A stretch of DNA of 64,000 nucleotides. It comes from an uncultured delta proteobacterium (lineage in GTDB: Bacteria > Desulfobacterota > WTBG01 > CAIYCZ01 > CAIRTM01). The stretch spans positions 32,001 through 96,000 of the forward strand of contig CAWDSQ010000024.1 in assembly GCA_963804955.1 (NCBI GenBank), given 5' to 3'. Below are positions 19,741-30,113 of this stretch, one piece after another; positions within the stretch are counted from its first letter, which is position 1; each line of letters begins with the position of its first letter. Below the pieces are notes generated by a model. The model was given only the letters and a program-made list of their open reading frames with translations, was not told where the DNA came from and searched no databases. Both the position numbers and the translations under genes were made by a program.

Positions 19741-21256
19741 TTACTGTGTGTGCACGGATGGTGCGATATTTTTTACCTGGTCGTAGGTATAACTCGTGGC
19801 GGCCTGACCGCCGGTTCGATGGCAACCCAGACAAACAAAATTAACGGTGAGCCCGGCGGTTTTGCCCGCTGAATCAACAGCAAGCTTCGACCCGTTGTCG
19901 GAAAACATCTCCGAAGGTGACGCTGCAGCGGAATTTATTTTAAAAATATGTGAACGCAGATCGCCGAAAATATGCTCATTCTGGGCAGGGTCGATAAATA
20001 TTTTTGATGCCCCTGCTTTCACCGCATAGGGCATGTGGCAGTCGGTGCAGGCAAGCTGTGACATATTGAGCCCAACTGTCACACCGGTATGGCAGGTTGT
20101 GCATTCTGTCACAATAGCAGTCCCGTGCGGCCTGGTCATCATAATGGGCCGAGGCATGAGGGTCGTGGCATCGTGTGCACTGCATAAAGCTGTGTGGCGA
20201 AGCCTTGAGCTCCGATGCCTGCTGCTGATGCAGGATGAGGCCGCCGGATGCTTCAACCACCGACGAACTGCCCCGCACGTGACAGTCGGCACAGGGTATG
20301 GCCGATGAAAGGTCGGGTTTTACAGCATACGGAGCTGCAGCATGGGCGCTGCCGGGGCCGTGGCAGGCTTCGCAGCCGACGCGGCCCTCCGTCCAGGTGC
20401 CGGCGATACCGGAGAGGCCGCCCTGGCTGCCCTTCGGCACATAGCCGGTGGCATGACAGGGGCCGCAGTCAAAACGTGCCGGGATCCGGAGTATCAGGGC
20501 TGTAGGATACAAATCCTGCAGGGGTCCCAAGATAGCTGCTTGCCAGGTTGTATTGAGCTTCCGGGCCGGTAAGTATCGTGCCGTTGTCAGCCGACGAGAA
20601 ATTGGCAGACCAGGCATACCCGCCGATAACATAGGAAATATCTCCCCAGATGGTTCCGGGAGGCGGATTAGGAACGCCGGAAGCAAAAGGCGGGTACGCG
20701 GGCGCCTGATATGCAATAGAGCTCATGGCATAGTAGTGCCCTGATTGCGTATAGACATTGACAACATCAGGGGTGAAGCCGACATGACAGCCCATGCACC
20801 GCTGAGACCCGATATAATCCTGCGCGGGTCCGGGATTAGGCTGATTTTAAATGAGGTTGTTTCGCGGGAGATACCTCCGGGAATGCCCAGATAGGTTATA
20901 GCCACGGTGGCATTGTCGCTTGCGCCGAGAGGCACGATGCTGTCCCAGTAGAAGCTGTAATCACCATGCTCGCAGCTGTTTTTAATTGAAGGCGAAGCGT
21001 TCTGCTTTTTTGCGCCTGTGAATGTTACAGATCCCCAGGCGAAAGAGATTGAAAACAGGCGGACAGAGTAGTCAATGTTGTAGCGAACGGGATTGCCCGG
21101 CGCAGTATCTGGTATAGGCGTTATGGAAACAGTCACGGCCGAAGGGGCTGCGGAAGACGGCAAAGCAGTAGTGCTGCCGGCCAGGGCCTGGGAGGCAGCA
21201 AGAAAAAACAAACAGCACAGCATTAGTGAGATACAAGTATAGACTTTGCTTCTCAT
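19741..21256 (-). CDS. Octaheme cytochrome c with N-terminal beta-rich domain (several frameshifts)
   Basis: Four overlapping ORFs give CMGCH, CGPCH, CEACH, CADCH, CTRCH, CTTCH, CTDCH, CLGCH. Confidence 0.78.
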
Positions 21257-21358
21257 CCCCGCCCTATGCTAAAACTTGTTTTGCTATAATATATTTATAG
21301 TAACACAATTACCGAAATACTACGAGAAAATAATTATGCAATTAAACTATTTTACCTC

Positions 21359-22402
21359 TTAATCTTGACCACCTAAAAGGTCAAGCTGCCCGGTTGGTTT
21401 CCTGAACCCCTTTTTCTTGAGATGCTTATAGGCAAGCTCAGTAGCCCTTCTGCCCGATGAGGTTCGTATAAGAAGCCCGGCCTTCAGCAAATATGGTTCT
21501 ACGACATCGATGAGCGTATCGGTTTCCTCCTGAAGAGTTGCAGCAATTGCTTCGACCCCTACAGGTCCGCCCTTGTAAAAATCTATTATCACATTTAAAA
21601 AGCGCGCATCAAGCGGCGTTAAGCCAAGGGCATCAATGCCTTCAAGGGCAAGGGCTTCAATGCTCACGGCACGGGTAATGCGCCCGCCTGCCCGTACCTG
21701 GGCAAAATCGCGAACCCGGCGCAGCATTTGATTGGCAATACGGGGTGTGCCGCGCGACCGCAGCGCTATTTCAAGTGACGCGTCAGCATCGATGCCGACT
21801 TCAAGTATGGCGGCGGAGCGTGAAATGACCATCTGCAGCTGCTCATGCGTGTAAAAATCAAGGGAGCGCTGTATGCCGAATCGCTCCCGCAGCGGCGATG
21901 ACAGCAGGCCCGCCCGCGTGGTTGCGCCAACGAGCGTAAAGGGCTCAAGTTTAGCGCGGTAGCTGCGGGCGTTCATGCCCTTGTCGAAAATAATATCAAC
22001 GGCAAAATCCTCCATGGCGGAATACAAAAACTCCTCAACAATTTTAGGCAGACGATGTATCTCATCTATAAACAGTACGCTGCCGTACCCGAGATGCGTA
22101 AGAATGCTCACCAGATCGCCGCCTTTTTCAAGGGCAGGCCCTGAAGTATGCGTAAGCGGCATATCAAGTTCATTAGCAATGATATGGGCCATAGTGGTCT
22201 TGCCGAGCCCCGGCGGACCGTAGAAGAGCACATGATCGAGAACATCGCCGCGCTGCCTGGCCGCCTGCACGGCGATCTGAAGCGTCTCGACGATCTGCTT
22301 CTGGCCGATATATTCCTGAAAGCGCTTGGGCCGGAGATCGGCGACAATTTTCCTCTCTGCCTCTTCATCAATGACAGACGGGGAATTGTTTTTGTCTTTC
22401 AT
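21359..22402 (-). CDS. ruvB: Holliday junction helicase RuvB
   Basis: [48 protein letters not shown]. Confidence 0.98.
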   Translation of the reverse strand: MKDKNNSPSVIDEEAERKIVADLRPKRFQEYIGQKQIVETLQIAVQAARQRGDVLDHVLFYGPPGLGKTTMAHIIANELDMPLTHTSGPALEKGGDLVSILTHLGYGSVLFIDEIHRLPKIVEEFLYSAMEDFAVDIIFDKGMNARSYRAKLEPFTLVGATTRAGLLSSPLRERFGIQRSLDFYTHEQLQMVISRSAAILEVGIDADASLEIALRSRGTPRIANQMLRRVRDFAQVRAGGRITRAVSIEALALEGIDALGLTPLDARFLNVIIDFYKGGPVGVEAIAATLQEETDTLIDVVEPYLLKAGLLIRTSSGRRATELAYKHLKKKGFRKPTGQLDLLGGQD

Positions 22403-22476
22403 GATTCCTTTGCCTCAGAGAATGAGGGTACCATCGTTTATATTTGACATGGAGGATAGACACCATACCCATCAAT

Positions 22477-23106
22477 TTATTGTAATGGACCGGACTTTGT
22501 CCCCCGGTACACCTCTTCAAACAATTCTTCAGGCGTCTGCGCATCGGGCTTGCGCTTCAGCGCTTCCTCAACCATGCGCGCTGCCTCGGAACGGTTATGC
22601 CCAAGCTGCTTCACAAGAACATCGATAACCTGTTTTGAAAAATCTCCCGGCGGCGGAACAAACGGGCGTTCATCCTCACGCATGAGCGCGTATTTGCCGA
22701 CCTTTCCGTTCAGTTCGGAAATCATCATGTCGGCCTTGCGCCGTCCGACTCCTTTGAGCTTCGTGATGGTCTGTACATCGCGGTCTTCGATAGCGCGGGC
22801 AATCACCGGCACAGGCAGGGTGAGAGCACGGGCAGCAGTCGATGGGCCGATATCTTTCACGGTAATGAGATGCTCAAAAAACTCAAGCGCAATTTCGGTG
22901 GTGAAACCGATAAGCACAGGCTTAGGCTGCTGCACAGTCTGATGATATGAGATAAAAAGCTCCACCTCATCCTCGCCTACCCGTTTGCCCATGAACTCCT
23001 GCCAGACAATTTCCGGCAGCAGTATTTCATAGCCAACACCGCCGGTCACAACGACGATATAGCCATCTTCAGCTCTGAACAGTGTACCTTTAATATAGCG
23101 GATCAT
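22477..23106 (-). CDS. ruvA: Holliday junction binding protein RuvA
   Basis: MIRYIKG..GGVGYEI, HhH motifs (KDIGPSTA, KGVGRRKA); lies between ruvC and ruvB. Confidence 0.93.
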   Translation of the reverse strand: MIRYIKGTLFRAEDGYIVVVTGGVGYEILLPEIVWQEFMGKRVGEDEVELFISYHQTVQQPKPVLIGFTTEIALEFFEHLITVKDIGPSTAARALTLPVPVIARAIEDRDVQTITKLKGVGRRKADMMISELNGKVGKYALMREDERPFVPPPGDFSKQVIDVLVKQLGHNRSEAARMVEEALKRKPDAQTPEELFEEVYRGTKSGPLQ

Positions 23107-23147
23107 GGTATTATTTTTTATATTTTGGATTGCACTACATTTACTAT

Positions 23148-23312
23148 TGATAAACCCGTAAAAAGTCGCAGTGCGTATCATTGCGAGGAGAGAAGCGACG
23201 TGGCAATCTCGTTTTTTCGCAGGGGCTTAAAATTTTAAGCCCCTACCGGCACGAAGAGATTGCTTCACTTCGTTCGCAATGACAGTTTGTTTGACTTTTT
23301 ACGCAACCATCA
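23148..23312. repeat. Nested palindromic intergenic element (REP/MITE-like)
   Basis: Outer IR CGTAAAAAGTC/GACTTTTTACG; middle IR TCATTGCGA..GCAATCTC/GAGATTGC..TCGCAATGA; central perfect 24-bp palindrome. Confidence 0.8.
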
Positions 23313-23315
23313 TTA

Positions 23316-23828
23316 TTACCAGTTAAAATATCCCTTCCGGGATAAAATCATCAGCGCAAGGGCCGCCGCATCGGAGGCATGGTCCGGTTTGATATCTTCC
23401 CGCCTGCCCAGCATGCGCTTCACAGCCTGGCTCACCTGCTCTTTTGAGGCCCTGCCATTGCCCGCAAGGCAGCTCTTCACTTCGGTTGGCCTGATTGTGA
23501 AAACCTCGATGCCGCGCTCCTGCGCCGCAAGATACAGAACGCCGCGGACTTCGCCAAGTTGTACAGCCGCATTCGGAAATTTGTCAAGCACATACACATC
23601 TTCAAGCACCATCACATCAGGCTGCCAGGTATCAATGAGGTCGCAGACGCCCAGATATATTTTCTGCAGCCGCTGCGGCGTACTCTGGCCGGGTGTGGTC
23701 TTAATAGCGCCGTATGAACAAAGCTCCCCGCCCTGCTTGAACGTGCCGATTACGGCAAAGCCGGTTGCGGCCAGGCCGGGGTCAAGGCCCAGTGCCCGAT
23801 GCCTGTATTTTTGAATATCTATGGCCAT
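23316..23828 (-). CDS. ruvC: Crossover junction endodeoxyribonuclease RuvC
   Basis: LGLDPGLAATGF, GNGRASKEQV, DHASDAAALAL. Confidence 0.96.
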   Translation of the reverse strand: MAIDIQKYRHRALGLDPGLAATGFAVIGTFKQGGELCSYGAIKTTPGQSTPQRLQKIYLGVCDLIDTWQPDVMVLEDVYVLDKFPNAAVQLGEVRGVLYLAAQERGIEVFTIRPTEVKSCLAGNGRASKEQVSQAVKRMLGRREDIKPDHASDAAALALMILSRKGYFNW

Positions 23829-24018
23829 GGTAAATATAGATTATAAAAGACATATTGTCACAGAGAACAACCCCAATCTAACATATAAGGACATGTTGTC
23901 AAACTATAAAGAATGCCTTGTTTTTTATTGACAGTACAGGTGCTTCTGCTTATAGTTTTCGAACATTTCAGCACAGCTGCAGCTTCAGCTTTTTCTGACC
24001 TGCTATTGAGATGAGAGC

Positions 24019-24552
24019 TTGAGGATTTCAATGGAGAGAAACGAGCAAACCGGCAGTCGGACCGGCAATGGTTGTTCTGCAGCACATATGCCGGCCTCCC
24101 TGCTGCCTCGCATACTTGCGAAGTATAATACCGAAGAAGTTACGTTTCTGGATGTTGGGCCAACCCAGCATGCTCTGCGAGGAAAGACTCTTTCGGAAAT
24201 ATTCCCTTCCACCCATGATGCTTTTGCCGCCATGTTCAATTCCGGGCGGTCAAATCTGACAACCATCTATTTTCAGCTGAGCGCCGGATATCCGGAGGGA
24301 TTCAAAGTTCGCATGCCGGCATTAAAGCTTACAAAAACATCCTACCAAATAGGACTTCTTGAATATTCAAATCTCAATCCAAAAAATTCGGTTTTCCGCT
24401 CTGACAGCGAAAAGGAGTTTTCAAATTACATTCCGACAACGCTTCAGAAGGTTCATTTTCTGCAGGAAAAATGCGGGCGCATAGACAGCGATGCGTACAG
24501 CCGCGTTATCGACACCATTTACGAATTTCTCTTCTACCTCACCGCTCCCTGA
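24019..24552 (+). CDS. Hypothetical protein
   Basis: 177-aa ORF with no recognisable motif. Confidence 0.5.
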   Translation: MRISMERNEQTGSRTGNGCSAAHMPASLLPRILAKYNTEEVTFLDVGPTQHALRGKTLSEIFPSTHDAFAAMFNSGRSNLTTIYFQLSAGYPEGFKVRMPALKLTKTSYQIGLLEYSNLNPKNSVFRSDSEKEFSNYIPTTLQKVHFLQEKCGRIDSDAYSRVIDTIYEFLFYLTAP

Positions 24553-24664
24553 CCTGAGGCGTATTAAAAACGTATTCTATCGGGTGGGGAAGGAACTACC
24601 TAAGTGCGAACAGAACTACATGCCAAATACTGCAGATAGTTTTTTCAACTGATACTCTGGTATT

Positions 24665-24716
24665 AAAAAAAAGAGTAAAGGCCCGATGCTCAATGCATCG
24701 GGCCTTTACTCTTTAA
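24665..24716. terminator. Intrinsic terminator between convergent genes
   Basis: AAAGAGTAAAGGCCCGATGC-tcaat-GCATCGGGCCTTTACTCTTT with a long T-run on the minus strand. Confidence 0.85.
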
Positions 24717-24747
24717 AAATCATTCTGGCTGTGTTCGGAACCGGGGT

Positions 24748-25575
24748 TTATTTTACCTCAATCGGCCCGCACTGGGTCTCGTTTGTATCACCGAAAGTAA
24801 CGGAGACCTTAAAATCTCCGGCTGTAAGATGGGCGGGCCAAATACGAACATAACCAAAGATCAGCTTCTCACCCAGCCGGATCTTGACTATATCATCAAT
24901 GCCTTCGCTTTCCCAAAAAATACAGATGGGGTTTGAAAAAGAAATACTGCTGTTCCTGTCGGCCCTGATTGTAAAAAACTGAATCGGCGAGAAAATAAGA
25001 GTTCTCAGCACGCTGAATGTTTTAGGCCGTACTGTCAGTGTACAGTCGATCTCACAATTATCAAAAGTGGTATTGTCGGTGTCATCGCAATCAGGTCCTG
25101 CAGTGCAGTTGTCGCCGTAGCCATCGCCGTCGATATCCACACAGCATGCTGCATGCGTGGTGTTGTCTGTGTCGTCGCAATCAGGTCCTGCAGGGCAGTT
25201 CACACCGTAGGTATCGTTGTCGGCATCAATACATTCGGCTGGCGCACAGGTTGAGTGACAGGTTATGCAAGTAGGTGTCGTAGCAGCAGCATGAGATGGC
25301 AGATTTACCAGGTTGCATGCGCCCGGATCGCTGGCGGGATGGCAACCGGCGCATTTATCTGAAGTTACATTTTTACCGGGGACTGAACCCGGATGGCATG
25401 CGCCGCAACTGCCCGTTACACTACCGTGGGTTGTGTGAAGGCCAGCACCTGCCGTGAAATTATGGCAGGGCATGCACGTACCTGTTGTCACATTTTCATA
25501 AGCATAACCCTGCTGCGCACCGAGTAGAAACAGCGCCGCAAGTACGAGTACTCCGGTGATTAGCAATTTTTTCAT
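24748..25575 (-). CDS. Exported tetraheme cytochrome c with DxDxDG/PDCDD metal-binding repeats
   Basis: CMPCH, CGACH, CAGCH, CITCH within ~80 aa, then two C.D.D.D.YG.NC.AGPDCDDTDNTT repeats; RBS AGGAGG. Confidence 0.85.
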   Translation of the reverse strand: MKKLLITGVLVLAALFLLGAQQGYAYENVTTGTCMPCHNFTAGAGLHTTHGSVTGSCGACHPGSVPGKNVTSDKCAGCHPASDPGACNLVNLPSHAAATTPTCITCHSTCAPAECIDADNDTYGVNCPAGPDCDDTDNTTHAACCVDIDGDGYGDNCTAGPDCDDTDNTTFDNCEIDCTLTVRPKTFSVLRTLIFSPIQFFTIRADRNSSISFSNPICIFWESEGIDDIVKIRLGEKLIFGYVRIWPAHLTAGDFKVSVTFGDTNETQCGPIEVK

Positions 25576-25662
25576 ATATTTCCTCCTGTTTGATTTAATT
25601 ATCTTAACGTAAATATGCAGTGGCGTACATTTTCTGTACGCCACTGCTTACCAGGCGAGGCC

Positions 25663-27869
25663 TTAATGATTAAGATACACATTCAGATTATCGATTGATT
25701 TTTGGAGAACCGCCTCTCATATAGTTTCCGTTGTGGGCAAATCCACCCGGATCCTTCAGGCTCACAAGGAAGTTGTAGCATGCCCGTGCAAGCCGCGGGG
25801 TAAGGGACTTGTACTGGTTGTCGCTGGTAAGGTCGTTCTGCCGCTATCCGTGCAGTTCGATGATCATCTTTGAACCAGTACGGATAGGCGACATCATCAA
25901 AAACGATGCAGGCCTTGGCCTTGGTGTTGCCGCCGGCGTCAACAGTCGTATTGTCGGCTGCATAGAACTGAATTGCCGCAAGAAGCTCAGTCTCAAGCGC
26001 AGGAATTGCTGTATTCATCTGCGTTTCGACATCTGCAACAGATGAGAAGTTATGGCAGGGCTGGCAGCTTGAGCCGGTTTTGACCTCAGTCGAATGCTGG
26101 TTATGGCATGATCATGCAGTCTGTGCCGGCCGGATGGGTGGAATCGACATCAATAGTCAGATCACCATAATCATAGCCGATCCGCGACTTGCTTGCCTTA
26201 GAGGCTGCAAAGGCTGCCGCGGTAATGCGGATTGGTTAATCCGATTTTTGAGGATATTTTGTCGACCGTGGTGGCATTATCCCCTGCGGGATAGGCTTTT
26301 TTAATCTGCGTATCGACGTTTGCCTGCCATGCGCGGCCCTGATGGCACTGGCCGCAGATAACAGAAGCAGCACCCGGATTGGCAACCGTCTGGCCGGAGG
26401 CTTCGAACTTCACTGAATCCAGTGCAGCCTGCATCTGCGGAATGGCATGCATAGCAGGTAATGCCGATATTGTTTACAGCAAGAGGAGGCTGGGCAATGG
26501 TCCGATTACCCGTGCGACAAAATTCATTAAATCCGACTGTCGAATGGCAGCTTGCGCAGTTGGCCTGTACGGTGGCATCAGGATTTGAAGCATTGTCCCA
26601 GTCTCTGAATGCCAGGGAGTTGTAATCGGCATGGCCTGAAAGCTCCCATTCCGCCGTAGCCTCCTGAGCGTCAGTAATCGGATAAGCCTTATACGACCGT
26701 ATATCATTGATCGAGGCATCTAAAAACGCCGCGGCGTAGCTGCTGTTGTGAGCGAAGATGCCCGGGTCTTTCACATAGACTAAATAGTTATAGCATGCCC
26801 TTAAAAGGCGGGGTGTGAATTTGTTGTAGGTGTTATCGCCGGTGTCTCGAACACCATTGCAGTTGTTGTCTAAATACCAGCCCGACGAACCTGATTGTAC
26901 TATGCAGGCCTTCTCCTTGGTATTGTTGTCAGCGTCTTCGGTCGTGTTGTCGGCAGCATATTGTCTAATGACGCTGTAGAGCTGGGCTTTTTTTGCATCA
27001 AGCACATCTGCATTTCCCCACGCACGCACATCTTCAAGACTTTCAAAGCTGGGATGACAGGTATTGCACCGTGCATCAAGTCTGAACTCTGTTGAATGCT
27101 GATCATGGCAGACCATGCAATCCGTGCCGCCCGGATGGGACAGGTCGGCAGCGATCGGCAAATCATAATCAACAGCGATAAGAGACTTACTGGCTTTGAT
27201 GGCTGCAAAGGATGCCACATAATGCGGATTGGTCGAGGTCAGGCTTGCAGTCTGTTTGTCGACCGTGCTTTCATTATCACCACCCGGATAGGCTGCCAGG
27301 ATTTTGTCTTCAACATCACCCTTCCAGGCGCGGCCCTGATGGCACTGTCCGCACAGGACAGAAGACTCACCGGGATAGTCAACCCTTTGGCCGGATTCAT
27401 AAAACAATACCGAAGTCTTGTTATAAGCTCTGTCGGAATGGCAGGCATCGCAGGTTATGCCGACATTGTTCACAGCAAGCGGAGGATTCGCGATGGATCG
27501 GTTTTCAGTAAGCAGGAATTCATAAAAGCCTGCTGTTGAATGGCAGCTTGCGCAGTTTGATGAGACTGTTGCACTGGGATCTGAAGGATCGTCCCAGTCT
27601 CTGAAGGCTTCAGAAGAATTATCAGCATGACCGGATTTCGACCATTCGGCTGTCGCCTCCTCCGCAGCAGTCATCGTCGTTGTCGTGGTCGGTATCGTCG
27701 TGGTTTCCGGGGTTGTCGTTGTTACCGGGGTCGTTGTTGTTGCCGGGGTAGAAGTCGTCGTCGTGGTGCAGGGCGTTGGCGGCTTCCAGGGTTTGCATGC
27801 GCCGCCCGTAAAGGCAAGCAGCATAAGCACAAGGCAGATACTCAACAACTGAATACTTTGTTTTTTCAT
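25663..27869 (-). CDS. OmcB-like lipoprotein cytochrome with two tandem 5-heme modules (second module frameshifted)
   Basis: Lipobox-like GGAC, Thr-rich linker, two modules from W..SGHAD..AFRDWD to ACYN.LV..KDPG.FAHN. Confidence 0.8.
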
Positions 27870-28547
27870 CCTCCTGTCCTCCTTTTGTGTTTGGTTACAC
27901 TGATGCATAAATATAAAATGATAAATAAAAAAAGTGGCCAGTCTACAAACTTAGCATATTTTGTTTCTCTAACAACATTTTTTTTGAACTATTTTTTTTT
28001 ACTATTTTCTACTCTCCCGCATCCGCCTCATTAGAGTCTGTTTCTTAAAATTTGACACACTTTATTTGTTACTTTCGCCGTTGCAGCATACCACTTCAAA
28101 AACAGAGCTGGAATTTGCTCTTACAAACAACCATTGCTCTGGCGCGGTCTCCCCCCTGCCTATGTTTTATATAAAGTATCTATCACGCATAGTTATTTTA
28201 TTGAGCAAAAAACATTTGAAATAAAGGTCTTAAAAAAATAGTACATACCACTAGATAGAGTATTCCTTTTGTCTCTTATGCACTTGCTACCTGGTTTAGT
28301 ATCTCTTCAAACAATTGTTTTTTCAATAGGTGGAAAACACCTGTTTTGTATTTTTTTTTGCTTAAAAATACTTAGTTACTCAATTGTTTATCCGTATAAA
28401 GTACGTAGGAATTAACAACCACCCAGTATCTCGATCTTCTTCCATTTTCACAGTTGGCATAAGTATATCCTGTAATGGTTTACCCTTTAAGAAGGCTTTT
28501 TTTACATCTCACTCGCCATGTTAGTGCCTGAACAAAAGTCGTTTTTT

Positions 28548-28603
28548 GCAGGTTGGGTTAAGCCCGAAAGAACCGTTGGTTTTCGTACCTCAACCCAACC
28601 TGC
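28548..28603. repeat. REP-like stem-loop
   Basis: GCAGGTTGGGTT...AACCCAACCTGC, a 12-bp inverted repeat. Confidence 0.55.
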
Positions 28604-29120
28604 GCGAAAACAAATGCTTACGAAAAAGTACTGTAATAAGGGCGAGCCCAAAACTTGTATGGTTCCGGGTTTTCGTTCAGACACTATGTTACCTGCATTG
28701 CATAACTTGGACCATCCTCGCAGCGGATGGTTTATATAAAACAATAATTATAAGTACATAATGCATGGGATCAGGTTAATCTTTGCACCCCTTTTGACGG
28801 GTACGAGTAATGGGCTGCGCCAGGCTTATATAAAAATGCCTTAACGGATACATGGCAGCAGCAAGACCGATCAGGGTAACTGATAGCAGGACATAATATT
28901 CGTGAGAAATACGCAGCGATGGGAGGGCAGAACCCGCCAGCAAAAAAACAAATGCTGCCGACGTTTTTTTAATAATATGCTGCGGAATTTTTTTATTTCA
29001 CCAGCTTGAAAAAAGCTTCAAAATTTAGAATATTATGTTATAAACTAAAACCATTTAATTGATAGATTTATTGACTAACTGAGTTTACCTGCTGCTGTAT
29101 AAGAGCAGACACCTGCGAGG

Positions 29121-30113
29121 ATGGTGTTTTGCATGTTCCGGAGACGCAACTTTTTTATTTTGTTTATTGTCATAGGGGTAATTGCCGGCATGTATACAAC
29201 CATGGAAATTCTCGGGCAGAATTTTTTAAATAAAATGTATACGCCCACAAAATGGGTGAATCTGGATAAGGATTACAGGGGGGGAATTCAAAAGAAAGCA
29301 GTGGTTCCTGAATCCACCGCCCCCAGGCTGCGCATAGCCATGGCTCCCATAATGTCACCTGAAAAAAATATTCCCCTCTATAAAAATTTCTTTAAGTACC
29401 TGGGGGAGCGACTCGGCATGGAGCCGGTCGTGATCCACCGCTCGAGCTATGCTGAAATAAATGACCTGCTGCAGTACGATAACTGTGACATCGGCTTTAT
29501 CTGCAGCTATCCGTTTGTGCTCGGAGAGCGGTCCTATGGCCTCCAGCTGCTGGCTATTCCGCGCATTAAGGGCAAAATAACCTATCAGTCACTCATCATC
29601 GTACCCGCTACCAGCAGCGCGGCATCGCTTCTCGACCTGCGCGGTAAGCGCTTTGCTTCCTGCGATATTATTTCGCTATCCGGCTGGGTATATCCTGCGC
29701 TGTGGCTGCAGGAACGCGGGGAAAACCCGAAAAAATTCTTCGGCGAGCAGGTCATCACCGGCAGTCACGACCGGGCTATCCAGGCTGTAGCATTAAATTT
29801 TGTCGACGGCGCAGCTGTTCAAAGCCTTGTTTACGAGCGCATGATCGAGGAAGCGGCGGGCCTTGCGGATAAAATAAAAGTTATCGGGAAATCATCTGAA
29901 TTCGGCATGCCCCCCCTGGTGGTAAACCCCAAGCTGGATCCGTCTCTCAGGGAGCGGATACGGAAGCTTTTGGTCACGATGGATGAAAAGCCTGAGGGGG
30001 AGCAAATCCTTGCCGCCATGGGGATAGACCGCTTTGAAAAGCCTGACGATTATCTGGATAAAATTCTTTATAACGATGTGCGAAAGTGCGCGGACGTATG
30101 GAATCCCAGATAG
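29121..30113 (+). CDS. PhnD-family periplasmic oxyanion-binding protein, AioX/ArrX-like
   Basis: FICSYPFV, YQSLIIVP..S..DLRGKRFA, SHDRAIQAVA..DGAAV; no ABC permease adjacent; precedes a kinase. Confidence 0.82.
   Translation: MVFCMFRRRNFFILFIVIGVIAGMYTTMEILGQNFLNKMYTPTKWVNLDKDYRGGIQKKAVVPESTAPRLRIAMAPIMSPEKNIPLYKNFFKYLGERLGMEPVVIHRSSYAEINDLLQYDNCDIGFICSYPFVLGERSYGLQLLAIPRIKGKITYQSLIIVPATSSAASLLDLRGKRFASCDIISLSGWVYPALWLQERGENPKKFFGEQVITGSHDRAIQAVALNFVDGAAVQSLVYERMIEEAAGLADKIKVIGKSSEFGMPPLVVNPKLDPSLRERIRKLLVTMDEKPEGEQILAAMGIDRFEKPDDYLDKILYNDVRKCADVWNPR

Noticed and set aside
19741..21256. Calling the octaheme an OmcZ nanowire
   Set aside because: The heme count matches, but motif spacing and domain order do not resemble OmcZ as I recall it
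27670..27770. Short GTC/GTT repeats as a CRISPR or VNTR
   Set aside because: They encode the Thr-rich linker of the lipoprotein; there is no repeat-spacer structure
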